Assembly: GCA_010909165.1 (NCBI GenBank)
Contig: VJWM01000016.1
Coordinates: 372,001 to 436,000, forward strand
DNA length: 64,000 bases
Reading direction: 5' to 3'
DNA from: Anthoceros angustus
Lineage: Eukaryota > Plantae > Anthocerotophyta
Below are positions 21,277-33,517 of the stretch, in pieces (the first letter of the stretch is position 1; every line of letters begins with the position of its first letter). The notes under the pieces are model-generated. The model saw only the letters and a program-made list of their open reading frames with translations. It did no database searches and had not been told where the DNA came from. The position numbers and the translations under genes were made by a program.

Positions 21277-24200
21277 ATGGCCCCTGCGGTAGAACCGACA
21301 CCGACACCGGCAACCTGGCCCGAGCCTTACGCCGTGCGTATGCAACTTCATGTCGAGAATCGTGCCAAATTGCTCTCTGCCATATGCAATGACCTGAAAC
21401 TGGTGGGAGGCCCTGCATCCGGTGTCATCTTGCTCCAGGTGGACCAGCTCTGCCGTTTTCCGATGCTGCTCCTTGCGGTCGTTTTGGAATCGTCTTATCT
21501 TGTGCCCCACGAATATTGGCTTGTTTGGTAGGGTGGAGAACAGGAGACACGTTACTGTACCGATACAGACATTCTCTTCAGGTACATAGTGCGCTTTGCT
21601 TGCTTGTTTCAATGTAGCAAAGGACCCCTTTTAGCCGACAAATTGATCACGGCTTTAACCCGTCAACAATTCACTTGGCCTACAGGCAGGAGAGCTACTT
21701 CGCTTATCTCTTTGGAGTGAGAGAGCCAGGTTTTTATGGGGCAATTGTAAGTCGTGCGGAATGGCATGTTTGGAAAAGCATGCTCAGACAAGGAGATGCT
21801 GTGTTGTATCGTGGCTCTTCTTGCTCAGCATGTATGTGGACTATGAACACCAATTTGTTTGTACGTTCTGCTGTGAAGGATGTTGCCACTGGCCAGTCAA
21901 TTTTGTTTCAGCCTAGGCTTAGTGAAGATTATGCTGTCTGGCTGGGCAAGATCCAGCCTCCTGCGGCTTTTAAGGTGACAAACAAGTTAGATGTCGGCCA
22001 AGTTACGCAGTAGACATGGCTCTCTTTCTCTGGTGTGGAAACTGCGAGACTGATAGGTCTCCTGTTTCGGTTTTTTGTTGTTGGTACCTAAAGGAGAGAT
22101 ACAGGGTAGATAAGGTTTACTATCTGGACGAGATCAAAGAAGTGATAAAACAGATAAAGGGCAACTCTGAGAACTTTTATCTTTATCTGCTGGAGGGAGT
22201 GAACACTGATAGCGGAAAGCGCTGCATGCCAGCAGTATTTGAGGTGAGAGAGTGATTTTGAGCGTTCTGTCTCACATTTGTGCCAGACCAACTTAGATGC
22301 AGAGTATTTCACATGCATTGCTATTTTCACTCTCTTGTTAGGGAATGGATGAATTCAAGTGTGATTACAAGACTCTACATTCCTTGTTAAGTGAATGTCG
22401 TGTGCATAAAAGTGAACTCGAGCTTGATCTGCTTCGTCATGTGAACAGAATCAGTTCTGCAGCGCATGTGGAGGTAAGTACACTGCAGAAGCCCCTGCCA
22501 TGTCCTTATTTTCTCTGTGACTTCCCTTATTGCCCCGTGAGTGAGATCTGTTACTTGAGATCTTTGCATATTGAAGCTCATGTGCACTCTACGGAAATGA
22601 TGGGCAATGTATTTCTCAGGTTATGCGATTTGCAAAGCCGGGAATCAAAGAATACCATCTTGAGAGTACCTTCACCCATCATGTGTATATGTATGGTGGT
22701 TGCCGATATTGCTCTTATCAGTGCATCTGCGCAACTGGGGAGAACAGGTGATTTTGTGCTTAATAACTTGCTATTGGAGCGTTTTGGGCCATTTTCTGGC
22801 CTTTGCCGAGGCATCTACCCACGATCTGCTCATTTCTGCTGTGCAGTGCAATACTGCACTACGGTCATTCTGCTGCTCCTAATGAGAAGGTGCTCTTCTG
22901 CTTTTTGGCTTTCCCTTTTTAGATTTCCTCAAAAAGAGTAGGAACACCTGCTGGGTAGAGTCTTCTGCGGGGAGTTGGATTGTTTGTTATTCTAGCTGGG
23001 TCCTTTGTCATGCTTATTTTGTTTCTGCCTGTGTTGAAGTGGAGCTTATGTTTCACCGTTGGTTTCTGTTCAGACCCTTAGAGACGGTGACATTGCATTG
23101 CTTGATATGGGGGCGGAGTATCATTTCTACGGCTCTGACATCACATGCTCTTTCCCTGTAAGTAGACATGGTCCATTGCACTTTCTTTCACTGGTGAGTT
23201 CTGGAGCTGAATATTCTGTAATCCAATTTTACACTTGCCTTATGCTTTTCGCAGGTCAATGGAAAGTTCTCGGCTGACCAGCGCATTATTTACTCGGTAT
23301 TCGTAAGCACCCCTCTCATGGAGTCATATGCCTGTGTAAATGGTTAAACGGAGCTCATATTTCCTGCAGGCAGTTCTGCTCGCTCAGAAAGAAGTTATGC
23401 GTGCTGTCAAGCCTGGAGCATCTTGGGTCGATATGCACAGGTGTCTTACTTTTGTCCCAAAGTAGACCCACTTATGCGCGGGCACATTGAATGTGGACAA
23501 GCATTTCAGAGTGGTTATCGTCTGCGCACGTCCATGTCACTCTAACTTCACATGACGAATTTGCAGGCTCGCGGAGAGAACACTGCTAGGCAGCTTGAAG
23601 CAGGATGGACTGTTACAAGGGTACACAGATTGCTACTTCTGACTGTGTTGTTTCATCTATAGCAGCCTTTGATAATCATGGCTACTGGGTTGTTCGCTCA
23701 GGGAGGTGGAAGATATGATGAAGGTGAACTTGGGGGCAATTTTCATGCCACATGGACTGGGGCACTTCATGGGCCTGGATGTCCATGACGTAGGGGGCTA
23801 TCCAGAGGTGAGCTGTGCCCTTGATGCAACTGTTGAAAAGTGATTCACCACGCTGTTTCTATTACTTGAACTTACCCTGATCTGTTTGGGATGTCTTGAG
23901 AGGGCAGGGCATGGATAGGATTCCTGAGCCAGGTCTTAAGAGCCTCAGAACAGTTCGCACGTTAGAGAAAGGGATGGTATGTTGCAGTATGTTGACTACG
24001 AATTTGAAGCTGGTGTCTTTCCTCCGTGAAATTTACACTCACTTCCTGGTTGACGTTAGAGAAAGGGATGGCATGTTGCAGTATGTTGACTTCTAATTTG
24101 AAGCCGGTGTCTTTCCTCCGTGAAATTTACACTCACTTCCTGGTTGTATTCTCCGAGCAGGTACTGACCGTTGAACCAGGATGTTACTTCATCGACGCAG

Positions 24201-24638
24201 TTCTAGAACCAGCTTTTCACGACCCCACGAAGTCGCAATTCCTCGTAAAGGATGTCATAGCTCGGTTCCGACCTTTCGGTGGAGTTCGGCTTGAAGACGA
24301 TGTGGTGCGTACACAGCCTTTGAAGTTGCAGCCGTTTGCTTCCGGTTTTTTAGCAACCTGATTGGGCTGGTGGGTCTCCCTGTCAGTGTCGAACAAACCC
24401 ACCAGCCCAACCGAAGATTGCGTCCCCTTCATGCTTGCAGCATAGGAGTTTCCCCCCCACCTACCTGCTCGGTGTTGATGACAATGCAAGTCTGGCATTT
24501 GAACACGCCGGATGTTTGTTCTGTTGGCAGGTAGTCACGGCTGATGGGTGTGAGAACCTAACCAACTGCCCTCGCGAGATCTGGGAGGTTGAGGCAGTGA
24601 TGGCGGGTGGTCCGTGGCCCCTGGAGAAGAAGAAATGA
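21277..24638 (+). CDS. PEPD: Xaa-Pro dipeptidase (prolidase, M24B), multi-exon
   Basis: Exons encode [10 protein letters not shown]...[90 protein letters not shown] and [25 protein letters not shown] at 21277, TGA at 24636-24638. Confidence 0.93.
23961..24146 (+). repeat. 94-bp tandem duplication spanning an exon/intron junction of the prolidase gene
   Basis: gttagagaaagggatg(g/t)...cacttcctggttg starts at 23961 and 24055. The donor GTATGT in copy 1 is GCATGT in copy 2. Confidence 0.9.
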
Positions 24639-24816
24639 GTGAGTCCTTTGTCTGTTTGTCCTTTCCAATGACTGCCGTGCTGGGTACCTCTGAGCTCCCC
24701 TGTCGGAGCAGTTATCCCCATTGAATCACACAAGGTGCGCCTGACAGCATCGTAGGACATTTTGTTAGACGGTTGTGAGAAAAGGGTCTCAAGCCAACGC
24801 CGAGGTGGTCCAGAAG

Positions 24817-25119
24817 AAGATGCCGTCTGGCTCGCAAGAAGCTAGGCATCGCATGAACAAGGGCAAGAAAGATGCCGATGATCTCACTCCCAAGAGACCG
24901 TCTGGGTCGCAAGAAGCTAGGCATAGCCTGAACAAGGACAAGAAAGATGCCGATGATCCCACTCCCAAGAGGCCGTCTGGGTCGCAAGAAGCTAGGCATA
25001 GCCTGAACAAGGACAAGAAAGGTGCCGATGTTTCCACTCCCAAGAGGCCGTCTGGTTCGCAAGAAGCTAGGCGTAGTCTGAACAAGGACAAGAATGATGC
25101 CGGTGATTCCATTCCCAAG
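24817..25119 (+). repeat. 75-bp (25-aa) coding tandem repeat, 4 copies
   Basis: K(R/M)PSGSQEARHSLNKDKKDADDPTP units start at 24817, 24892, 24967 and 25042. Confidence 0.95.
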
Positions 25120-27967
25120 GTGTCTCTCTACGCGCCTGTTGCCTATGGCGCGGAATTATGTCGAATTGCAGAGGAGGCTGCGCGAGACAGCGCCTCGGCT
25201 TCCACAATGCTCTACTCTTCGCAACCACATGAGGCGGACGATGTGGAGTCCAAACCGATGATTGCTTCCAAGCAGGATTTCGAATTCCGACTCCTTCGCC
25301 TCCCTGCAGATCCCATGTGAGAAGACACAGGATGCGCATAGATTTCCTGTCTCCGCAGGACCATGCAGTGGCTGAACGAGATATTGGATTGAATTGTATT
25401 GCATTTATCGTGCAGGGATGCGGACGGAGATGCATTGAACGGATTTTCAAAGGCCTCCACTCCGTCCGAGCTTCTGGTGAGAAGAAATCGCAAGAGCGGG
25501 AAAGAACTCCGGAGTGCTATACACGCTGTGATGGACCCTGTGGAGCGTCGTGTGCTTGGGATTCTCAGGCGGCGGGGCTGCTCAATCTCTGAATCAGGTG
25601 GGTGAGGAGGTTATCGGGTTTTTATCTTGGAGGAGGATAGCGGCTCGAAGACCATCTGATCGTGTCGTTGGTGGGTGCAGAAATGAAGCGGCTGCGACGC
25701 AGAATGAGCATTCCTTGGGTTTCCCCTCACAGCAGGTTGATGCTCGTCCGGGTACCGGAGGACTGGATTCCTGCTATGGTGGACGGCGTGCTTCTGTACA
25801 ACGATGAGAGACAGGTAGACGAGGCGTGTATCCGAGGTGGTGTGAGGAAGCCTTGCGAGGGGGGTTGCAACTGCCCCATGGCTGTCTACGTTCGGAAGAC
25901 CTTGGTGTTCGTTTCAGCCGTGGTCTCCATTCAAGCAGCTTGGCGATCGTTTCAGGTAATCAATAGTCCGGACTTTCCTATGCCGGAGAGAAGACGACCT
26001 CCCGCAACTCTTAACAAGACAGGAGCTGTATGCAGATTTTTGCTTCCGGGATTGGTGGTCATGCTGATATGGTGTTTTAGGTGAGAAGGAAGCTTGAGCC
26101 ACGTTTTGCAAGAAGGATCGTCGAGCGAAGAGCCATCTTATGCATCCAGAGGTGGTGGAAGACGAGACTGTGGTCTTACAGGCGGGCTTTCTTGCACGGT
26201 CTCTCGAAACTCTGGAGCAGAGTTGGAAAACAGCTTGCCCAGCCAATGAAAGAGATATCGATCAAGCTGTCGCTCTTGGCTTTGACAAGGATTCTGAGAT
26301 ACTTTCGGAGACCGCCAGCATGGTCCCCGCTGTCAAGGAGCTTCAGCGTTTGCTTCGACGAATTCAACTCCATTCGAGTGTGCCAGCTTTCTCTGCAAGA
26401 GCCACTATTCCCTCAATGGATGGACGTGCACTTCCCAGTTTGTACTAGTTATTCCAACCATCCGAGGTAAAGGAGCAAGTGTTGAAGCTGTGACGGAGCC
26501 CTGATCTCTCTCAAGGAAAACACCCGAGTCTGACATTCCATAGTGGTCATTTGCAGCTGGGAGATAGGGTTTCCAGGATCAAGGGAAAGAAAAACAGCTG
26601 TGGTGAGGCTTCTCAGGAATGTTTTTGTGAAAGTGGAAGCGAATCCTTCTACGGGGAAAAATATCTCTGCCACTGACAAGGACAAAACCACGCAATTCGC
26701 GTTCAGAACTCCCGGCCACCAGGACCTGTCGCATAAGCTTAATCACGACAGGGACAAAGTGATGGAGTTCATGTTCCAGCTGGAAACGGCAAGCCACAAT
26801 GGGCGTCTGTGGGAACCTCTGGGAGAATTGATCTCATCAGTGACAGGCGAACGGCGAGAAATTCGCAACTACGTGTTTATGGAGTACCTCCTAACTTGGG
26901 ATCCCAAGGTAAGAGAGCTCCTCACCCAGACCATGAATTTGCCACTGTGGTAGGACCAGGGCGAAGCTCAGAGGCCGGCTCTCGGCGGTTTGCAGGACCG
27001 TGAAGGAGCAGAAATCGTGATCATCCCTTCCAGGCAACAGGTTCAGAAGGGGGAACTTGAGAAAATTTACACCATTCACAGCGTAGAAGCAGCGCAGCCG
27101 AAACGACCAACTGTCAAGGTACGTGCAGCGCAGCACACTGTCAAGGAGGAGACCCATATGCCTATACAGAGCCCTCACTGCGATTACCAGACGTACTACT
27201 ACGACAACGGGGTGCAGAGATGGAAAGACTTTTTGGGTAGGTACTCGTAGCTTTCCTCAGGGCCAGCTCGATTCTGGGAGTTTGTAACCACTTCCAGGAC
27301 TCCTGATTGGCCGAGCACAATGTGTCACCAGCGGGAGTGAAAAAACTCGCGCGATCCCGGACAATGGCGTTGCTAAACAAGCGCCACCACGACACTCAGC
27401 TTGCCAGGACGCAAGCGGCTTACAGATCTATGGCCATCACGGACTACGAGAGGGCCAGGCTAAAGGTTGAGCACAATCAATCAGAGACACTTGAGTCTTT
27501 CACAAAACAAGGGAAGCAAGGGGTCCAGTCGTGACACGCCCTAACCACTGCCTGCTGCACACAGACGGCAGGGGACGTAAGCCGAGAGGAAGAAACGTTC
27601 CTGCTGCAAATGATGAAGTTCAAAAGGGAACTAAAACGGCTTGAATCCATCAACGACGTACACAATAGGCAAAGGCAAGCTCTGTATTTCAGGAAGAAGC
27701 AACAACATAAAAAAGCTGCGCTGAAGGACTTCATCGGCAAGGTGAACAGGCTCTCCAAGTCCCTGCAGCGGCATGGGCTCCAGATGAACAGGTAAGAGCT
27801 TGTGGCCATCTGCTTGAGTCGGCATCTCCAACAACGAGAATCCTGTGGACTTGAGAGAGCTATCCTACTGCAGGGAGATGGTGGAAGAAACACACCGTGC
27901 ACGGATTCGAGCAGAAAAATTCGCCAGCAGCAAGGTGACCATGGCCTTTGCGAGCGCTGCCTCGTGA
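24820..27967 (+). CDS. IQ-motif and coiled-coil protein with an N-terminal 4 x 25-aa repeat; weak resemblance to LRRIQ3-type ciliary proteins
   Basis: IQ-like motifs VSIQAAWRSFQV and LCIQRWWKTRLW; C-terminal coiled-coil exons (KFKRELKRLESINDVHNRQRQALYFRKKQQHKK). A final exon at 27874-27967 splices in phase after the donor at about 27792. The internal exon structure is only partly resolved. Confidence 0.6.
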
Positions 27968-28291
27968 GTGCAAAGGAGGTGAACGTGCACGCATATCGGG
28001 GGCCTATGTTCTGTTCTAGTACCTACATACAAGGAACGAGACCAAATCTGAAGCATTTATATTTTGGGCGGGAAACGCGTTGTACGTTTGTGAGTCCCTT
28101 GTGACTGTTTCCTGCAGTGGTGGCTGTTGTCACGAGCGACAGGCAGCGATGAAGCTGCATAGCTTGTGTCCCGTGCCCGTCTCGCATGTTGATGTAACTT
28201 CTTGGAAGTGTTGCTTGGGGCGAGGCGAGGCGAGCGAGCAGGCAGGGCATCCGTGAATGTGTGAAGTTGTTGGGTGCAAAGCTAAAGCTGC

Positions 28292-31069
28292 ATGATGGCA
28301 GCTGGCGGACACAAGGTGCCCGCCACCATCCGGGCCATCAACAAGGCCACAGTGCATCGAATCTGCTCGGGGCAGGTGGTGCTGGATCTCGCCGCCGCTG
28401 TGAAGGAGCTGATCGAGAACAGCCTGGATGCCGGAGCTACCAGCATAGAGATTAGGTTGAAGGAGAACGGGGCGGAGCTAATTGAGGTGGCAGACAACGG
28501 GTGCGGTGTGTCTCCTGACAACTTTCAGGGCTTGACGCTCAAGTACCACACCTCCAAGATCTCCGAGTTCAGCGATCTGCAGACGTTGTCGTCGTTCGGG
28601 TTCCGGGGAGAGGCTCTCAGCTCGCTCTGTGCCCTGGCGGATGTAAGCATTGTGACCAAGACGCAGCATGAGAAATTGGGGACTCGGTTGGTGTATGATC
28701 ACTCGGGGATCATAGTGTCGCAGGTGGGTGCTTTTGTTGTTTTGTTGGGTTGTTGGGGCTGGGTGGTGGGTTGTGGGGCTCATGTTGTGTGGTGGTGGCA
28801 GGAGAGTATAGCCCGAGCGACTGGTACCACGGTGGCAGCCGGGAGGCTGTTTTCCACCTTGCCTGTGCGGCACAAGGATTTTACTCGGAACATTAAGCGG
28901 GAGCATGCCCGGCTTTTGTCGGTGTTGCAAGCCTATGCTGTCATCGCGAAGGGGGTTCGGTTGATCTGCACCAACCAGACGGGGAAGAATGGTAGGTACA
29001 GTGTCATGCAGACCTACGGTAGTCGGTCCGTGAAGGAAAACTTTGCCACGGTGTTTGGCACCAAGACAGCGGCTTGCTTGACGCCCTTGAACATTGCGGT
29101 TTTAGACCAGGAGTGCAGTGTAGAGGGCTTTGTGTCGAAGCCGGGATATAGCTCTGGCAAAGCCTGTCAGTTGTTCTACATAAATGGTAGACCTGTTGAC
29201 ATGCCCAAGTTCAGCAAGTTGCTCAATGAGCTGTACAAGTCCTTCAATTCGCAGCGACCACCCATGGCAGTCTTGAATTTCATTTTGCCCACCAGTGCCT
29301 ATGATGTGAATGTGACACCTGACAAGCGGAAGGTGTTTCTTCATGCTGAGAGTGCTCTGCTTAGTGCTCTGAGGCTGCAGCTGGAAGCCGTGTACTCTGC
29401 CGATGAGCACACTTATGTGGTTCACAGTACTCCTGATGGAAAGCCTGCTGTCAAGATTTCCTCTACGCGGGCTAGTGATGATAAGGGGCAGACGGAAAAC
29501 ACTCCGCCAGCAACTGAGTGTCCTAGCGTTGTGGAGCAGGCCGAAGGTCTGGCTGCTGCAAATGATGAATCTGAGGACAGCGAAGATGAGAAAAGGAGGG
29601 ACTTTTTGGAGCAGGCTGCTAACTTCAGTTTCACAAACACCAAGTCCGTCCCTGTGAGTAAGCCTTCCTTTGATTCGTTTTCGTCTCATGTGACGTCCAC
29701 GAGAGTTTCAGAGGCTAGCAAGGGGCTTCACAAATGCAGTGAGACAGGCACTTCCACCATTAGCTTCAAGCCGGCTGGGCCTGTTTCCCAAGCTACCAAG
29801 GTTGTCCAGTCAAGTCTCTCAGGGTTTGTGGCCCGCACCAAACGCCCACACGAGCATGATGACATGCTCAGCGAGGAGCCTGTACTAAAACGCATGTCAG
29901 CTGCAGACAGGGTCAAACAAGGTGATACAGTTACTACCTCCGACAGGTTATCCAAGAAGAGAGACCAAGATGTGTCTTCAGGACTGGATGGTGATGGAGT
30001 AGAAGGCGGAAATTGCACTCCTTGCTGCAATGACCGAGTGGAAGAAGACAGCAGTCACTTTTTGGAGGATGACAACCTGGCAACTGATGAGGACACTTCT
30101 GTACAGAGTGCCCACAACACAGATCCCTTTCTGTCGGCAGAGGCTCGGTGTTCAGAGGCTGGCACTTCTGGAGCTTCCACTGTTGATACTGAGCAAGGAA
30201 GTGATGCGGTCCTCACAGTCCAATTCAGCTTCCCCAAGTTTCAGATGAAGAGCAGGTTGGGCTTGTTCCGCCCACAAGATGTCAAAGGAAAAACATCCCT
30301 GAGCAAGTGCTTCAACGCTGCAACATTGGCTTCAGATGGTGAACCCAAAGAGGGTGCTGTGAAGGAGCTCCAGCTTGCAGCAGCTGTTACAGAGTTCGAA
30401 CGAACTTTCAACAAGGCTGATTTTAAGCAAATGAAAGTTATCGGGCAGTTTAATCTGGGATTTATCTTGGCCAAGCTGGATGATGATATCTACATTATTG
30501 ATCAGCATGCCTCGGATGAAAAGTTCAATTATGAGAGACTCCTGAAGTCCACTGTGCTAAATCGCCAGCCGCTTCTCCAACCAATGCCAGTGGAGCTGTC
30601 AGCTGTGGAGGAAGTGATCGTCTCCACACACATGGAGACTTTCAAGCAAAATGGGTTCGAATTCATCAGGGACGATGATGCACTTCCTGGACAGCGACTA
30701 CGTCTATCTGCTATCCCCTTCAGCAAAAATGTCTCCTTCGGTGTCAGTGATGTACAGGAACTGGTTTCTCTCTTAGCTGATGAACCAGTCCCAGCTGAAG
30801 ATTCCGACTCAGGTCCGTCCCCGAATGGTACACAGGCTAGCACACTACGGAGATGCAAAACTATTGGTATCCGGCCATCAAGGGTACGAGGGATGCTGGC
30901 CTCTCGTGCCTGTCGGTCATCCATCATGATAGGTGATGCCTTGAGCAAGAGGGAGATGGAAAGAGTTCTTGCCCACTTGTCAGATTTGGATTCACCCTGG
31001 AACTGCCCTCATGGCAGGCCAACCATGCGTCATCTGGCATTTCTTCCAGCGTTGTCAAAGAAAAAGTAA
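28292..31069 (+). CDS. PMS1: MutL-alpha endonuclease subunit PMS1 (PMS2 orthologue); one 78-nt in-frame intron at 28724-28801
   Basis: GHKL motifs KELIENSLDAGAT, EVADNGCGV, SFGFRGEALSSL and GTTV; endonuclease motif DQHASDEKFNYE; ACRSSIMIG and CPHGRPTMRH. Confidence 0.95.
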   Translation: MMAAGGHKVPATIRAINKATVHRICSGQVVLDLAAAVKELIENSLDAGATSIEIRLKENGAELIEVADNGCGVSPDNFQGLTLKYHTSKISEFSDLQTLSSFGFRGEALSSLCALADVSIVTKTQHEKLGTRLVYDHSGIIVSQVGAFVVLLGCWGWVVGCGAHVVWWWQESIARATGTTVAAGRLFSTLPVRHKDFTRNIKREHARLLSVLQAYAVIAKGVRLICTNQTGKNGRYSVMQTYGSRSVKENFATVFGTKTAACLTPLNIAVLDQECSVEGFVSKPGYSSGKACQLFYINGRPVDMPKFSKLLNELYKSFNSQRPPMAVLNFILPTSAYDVNVTPDKRKVFLHAESALLSALRLQLEAVYSADEHTYVVHSTPDGKPAVKISSTRASDDKGQTENTPPATECPSVVEQAEGLAAANDESEDSEDEKRRDFLEQAANFSFTNTKSVPVSKPSFDSFSSHVTSTRVSEASKGLHKCSETGTSTISFKPAGPVSQATKVVQSSLSGFVARTKRPHEHDDMLSEEPVLKRMSAADRVKQGDTVTTSDRLSKKRDQDVSSGLDGDGVEGGNCTPCCNDRVEEDSSHFLEDDNLATDEDTSVQSAHNTDPFLSAEARCSEAGTSGASTVDTEQGSDAVLTVQFSFPKFQMKSRLGLFRPQDVKGKTSLSKCFNAATLASDGEPKEGAVKELQLAAAVTEFERTFNKADFKQMKVIGQFNLGFILAKLDDDIYIIDQHASDEKFNYERLLKSTVLNRQPLLQPMPVELSAVEEVIVSTHMETFKQNGFEFIRDDDALPGQRLRLSAIPFSKNVSFGVSDVQELVSLLADEPVPAEDSDSGPSPNGTQASTLRRCKTIGIRPSRVRGMLASRACRSSIMIGDALSKREMERVLAHLSDLDSPWNCPHGRPTMRHLAFLPALSKKK

Positions 31070-31625
31070 AGTTGGCTTCATTTTGCACACGGATGCCCTC
31101 CTCAAGCAGACTGGCAGCGTGTCACTATTGTCTGGCATGCATGAAGGAAGCATCGTCTATTTGTGGCTGTGAATGTTTTTAAAGCAGCTGGTTGTGGAAA
31201 ACTCTGCATCTATGCAGAGTTGTACATCCAGGTCTATTCTATATGCATTATGCATCCTGCTCACGCGTGTGCTGGAACCGCACAAATTTGGGTAGCCATG
31301 TCTTTTTTTAGCACAAATATGGAGGAGCTCACCGACTTCATAGGGACCTGGTCGTCCGTAATGTTCTGGACTCCCGGTGATTCTTTGTCCATGATCTTTG
31401 TCTCTAGCCTGAAGACGTCACCCAGGGGTGAGGTCTTCTTCAACTTGACAGCTAACGCGGGAACCATCAAAAGCACAAAATCTCCTCTTCTTATTTTCGC
31501 CCTGAAAACAATGAATATGAAATGAGGAAAGGAACACCTATTCACAGACTAGGCTGAATCGGGCACAATGCACCGACAAAGAATGGTCGGGCCTTCCTGC
31601 TCCAAGTGACATTCTGCAACTTGAG

Positions 31626-33517
31626 TTACGAGAACAGCTCGCTTCCTAATGTCACAGTCGTCGTCCCTTCAGGATGAGGTCCCCTCTCTTTTTCAAGAAT
31701 TTGCTCCAGTTCTCTAACTATCTCAAACATGGTTGGTCTTCTGTCGCCAAAGTATTCTACACAACTAAACCCTAATCCTAAGATTCTCCGCATGGGATCC
31801 TCCGTGAAATTATCTCCTAAAGTGGTATCCACAAGAGCTCCCAAGTTTTTGGCATGCAGTAGCGCCCGACCCTGCCCAAACGCAACGTCCTCCCAAGTCA
31901 GCCATCTGATGCCGGTTAGCAGTTGAAAATGGGGAAAAAAGACAATGCTTCTGGTGACCGTGTCCAATTACCCAGTCAACAAGATTCCACTCAGGCTTTG
32001 GCCGATTGAGAGTGTCGACAGCCTCCCGCCCACTAATAAGCTCAAGAAGGAAAACCCCAAAGCTGTACACATCACTTTTCTCACTCATCTTTTTCTGGTT
32101 GGAGTAGCATCTGCAGTCGAAGTTGAGGTTAGATGACTTGTTACAAGACATGCACCAGCAGCATCGGGGAGAAGTGGACACTCACTCAGGATCAAGAAAC
32201 CCTGACACTTTGCCGATTACTGTTGAGGATGTTTCTGGGCCGTTAGCAATGAGTTTAGAGAGACCATAGTCTGTGACTTTCGCAATCAAGTTTTCATCGA
32301 GCAATATATTGCTGCTCTTGAAGTCCTTGTGGACCATAGGCGGTACTCTTCCGTGTAGATGTGCAAGACCTGAAAACACACACAAGTTGGAACCTGGAAG
32401 GCTTAACCAATTGGGTATTGGAGGTTCAGGGTGAGAGCGCGTCGCACCTTTTGCTGCTCCTAAGGCGATGGCCAATCTTTGCTTGAAGTCCAGCTTCCCT
32501 AAAGCATTGCCTTTAGAGTCTGCATGGTCTCAGAGGCAACCTTTGTTCAGCCTACCGCAGACAGCATTGCAACAAAGACTAGGAGTAACCCACGGGCCTC
32601 AAGAGCAGGTTACACACCATAGAGGTGGTTGCAAACACTCCCATTTGCCACATAGTCATACACGAGCATCTGCTGGTCATTCTCCTGGCAATAACCAAGC
32701 AGACGGACAAGGTGCCTGTGGCTGACGTGAGACAAAGTTTTGGCCTGCAACAAGGACACATCCGACAACAAGTAAGCGGCCACCGACTCTAAAGACCCCG
32801 AAGCTCGGTCTGCAATGCCCTTTCTACAAACCAACCTCCATCGAAAACACATGACTGGCAGCTCCCGGCCTCCTCTTGACCACAATGGTCCCGTCTTCCA
32901 GCAAGCCCTTGTACACTTGTCCAAATGCACCTTCCCCAATAAGCATGCTGTTGCTAAACTTCATGGTGGCCTGCTCCAACTCATCAAGGGCAAATTGCCT
33001 TGCCCTATGAGCCTCCGCCACAGCGGTTAACGCCCCTCCCAGAGAGTGCATATCCGGCCCCTTCACCCAGTCCACTGCCAGCATTGCCTGCCCGTCAGCG
33101 CACCAAACCAACGCACACCAAACCAGCACCAGGCCAAGACGCGAAGCCTCACCTTGAGCCGAGGGATCGGACGACGCAGTATCGGAATTGCTGCTCGGCC
33201 AGCTTCTGGCCCGCAACAGGCAAAGCGAGACGAGAGCAATGATAACTCCCACGAGCACGACGGCACCTGCCACCCCGCCGGCAATGGCTCCCGCATGCGA
33301 CACCCCTCCCCCGCTCCCATCGCTGAAATTCAACGTTGCGGCTATGGCCGGGGCCAGGCTAGGGCCGAAGGAAAGATTAAAGGTAGCAGCATCCAACACA
33401 TAAACCGATTTCGGATTCTCATCGACCCTGCGCACACACTTACACAAACATCACACAAATGCACAAATTTCAGCCTCCCCGCTCCAATTGCCGTGCTCCA
33501 AACCCCGGCACTCACAT
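31626..33517 (-). CDS. Single-pass RLK/Pelle kinase with a very short ectodomain, multi-exon
   Basis: TM helix GAIAGGVAGAVVLVGVIIALVSLCLL; juxtamembrane SDTASSDPSAQ; IGEGAFGQVYKG, HRHLVRLLGYC, VHKDFKSSNILLD, VTDYGLSK, SDVYSFGVFLLEL, RRPTMFEIV. Stop at 31626. The start is probably AT|G split by intron 33515-33428. Confidence 0.85.

Noticed and set aside
28724-28801. Hydrophobic VGAFVVLLGCWGWVVGCGAHVVWWWQ stretch suggesting a membrane-anchored PMS1
   Set aside because: It is bounded by GT...AG, is 78 nt long and GT-rich, and interrupts a conserved ATPase segment. It is an in-frame intron.
31261-31545. 94-aa minus-strand ORF between PMS1 and the RLK
   Set aside because: No domain. Its start lies in a pyrimidine-rich acceptor-like tract, so it is more likely RLK 3' UTR sequence.
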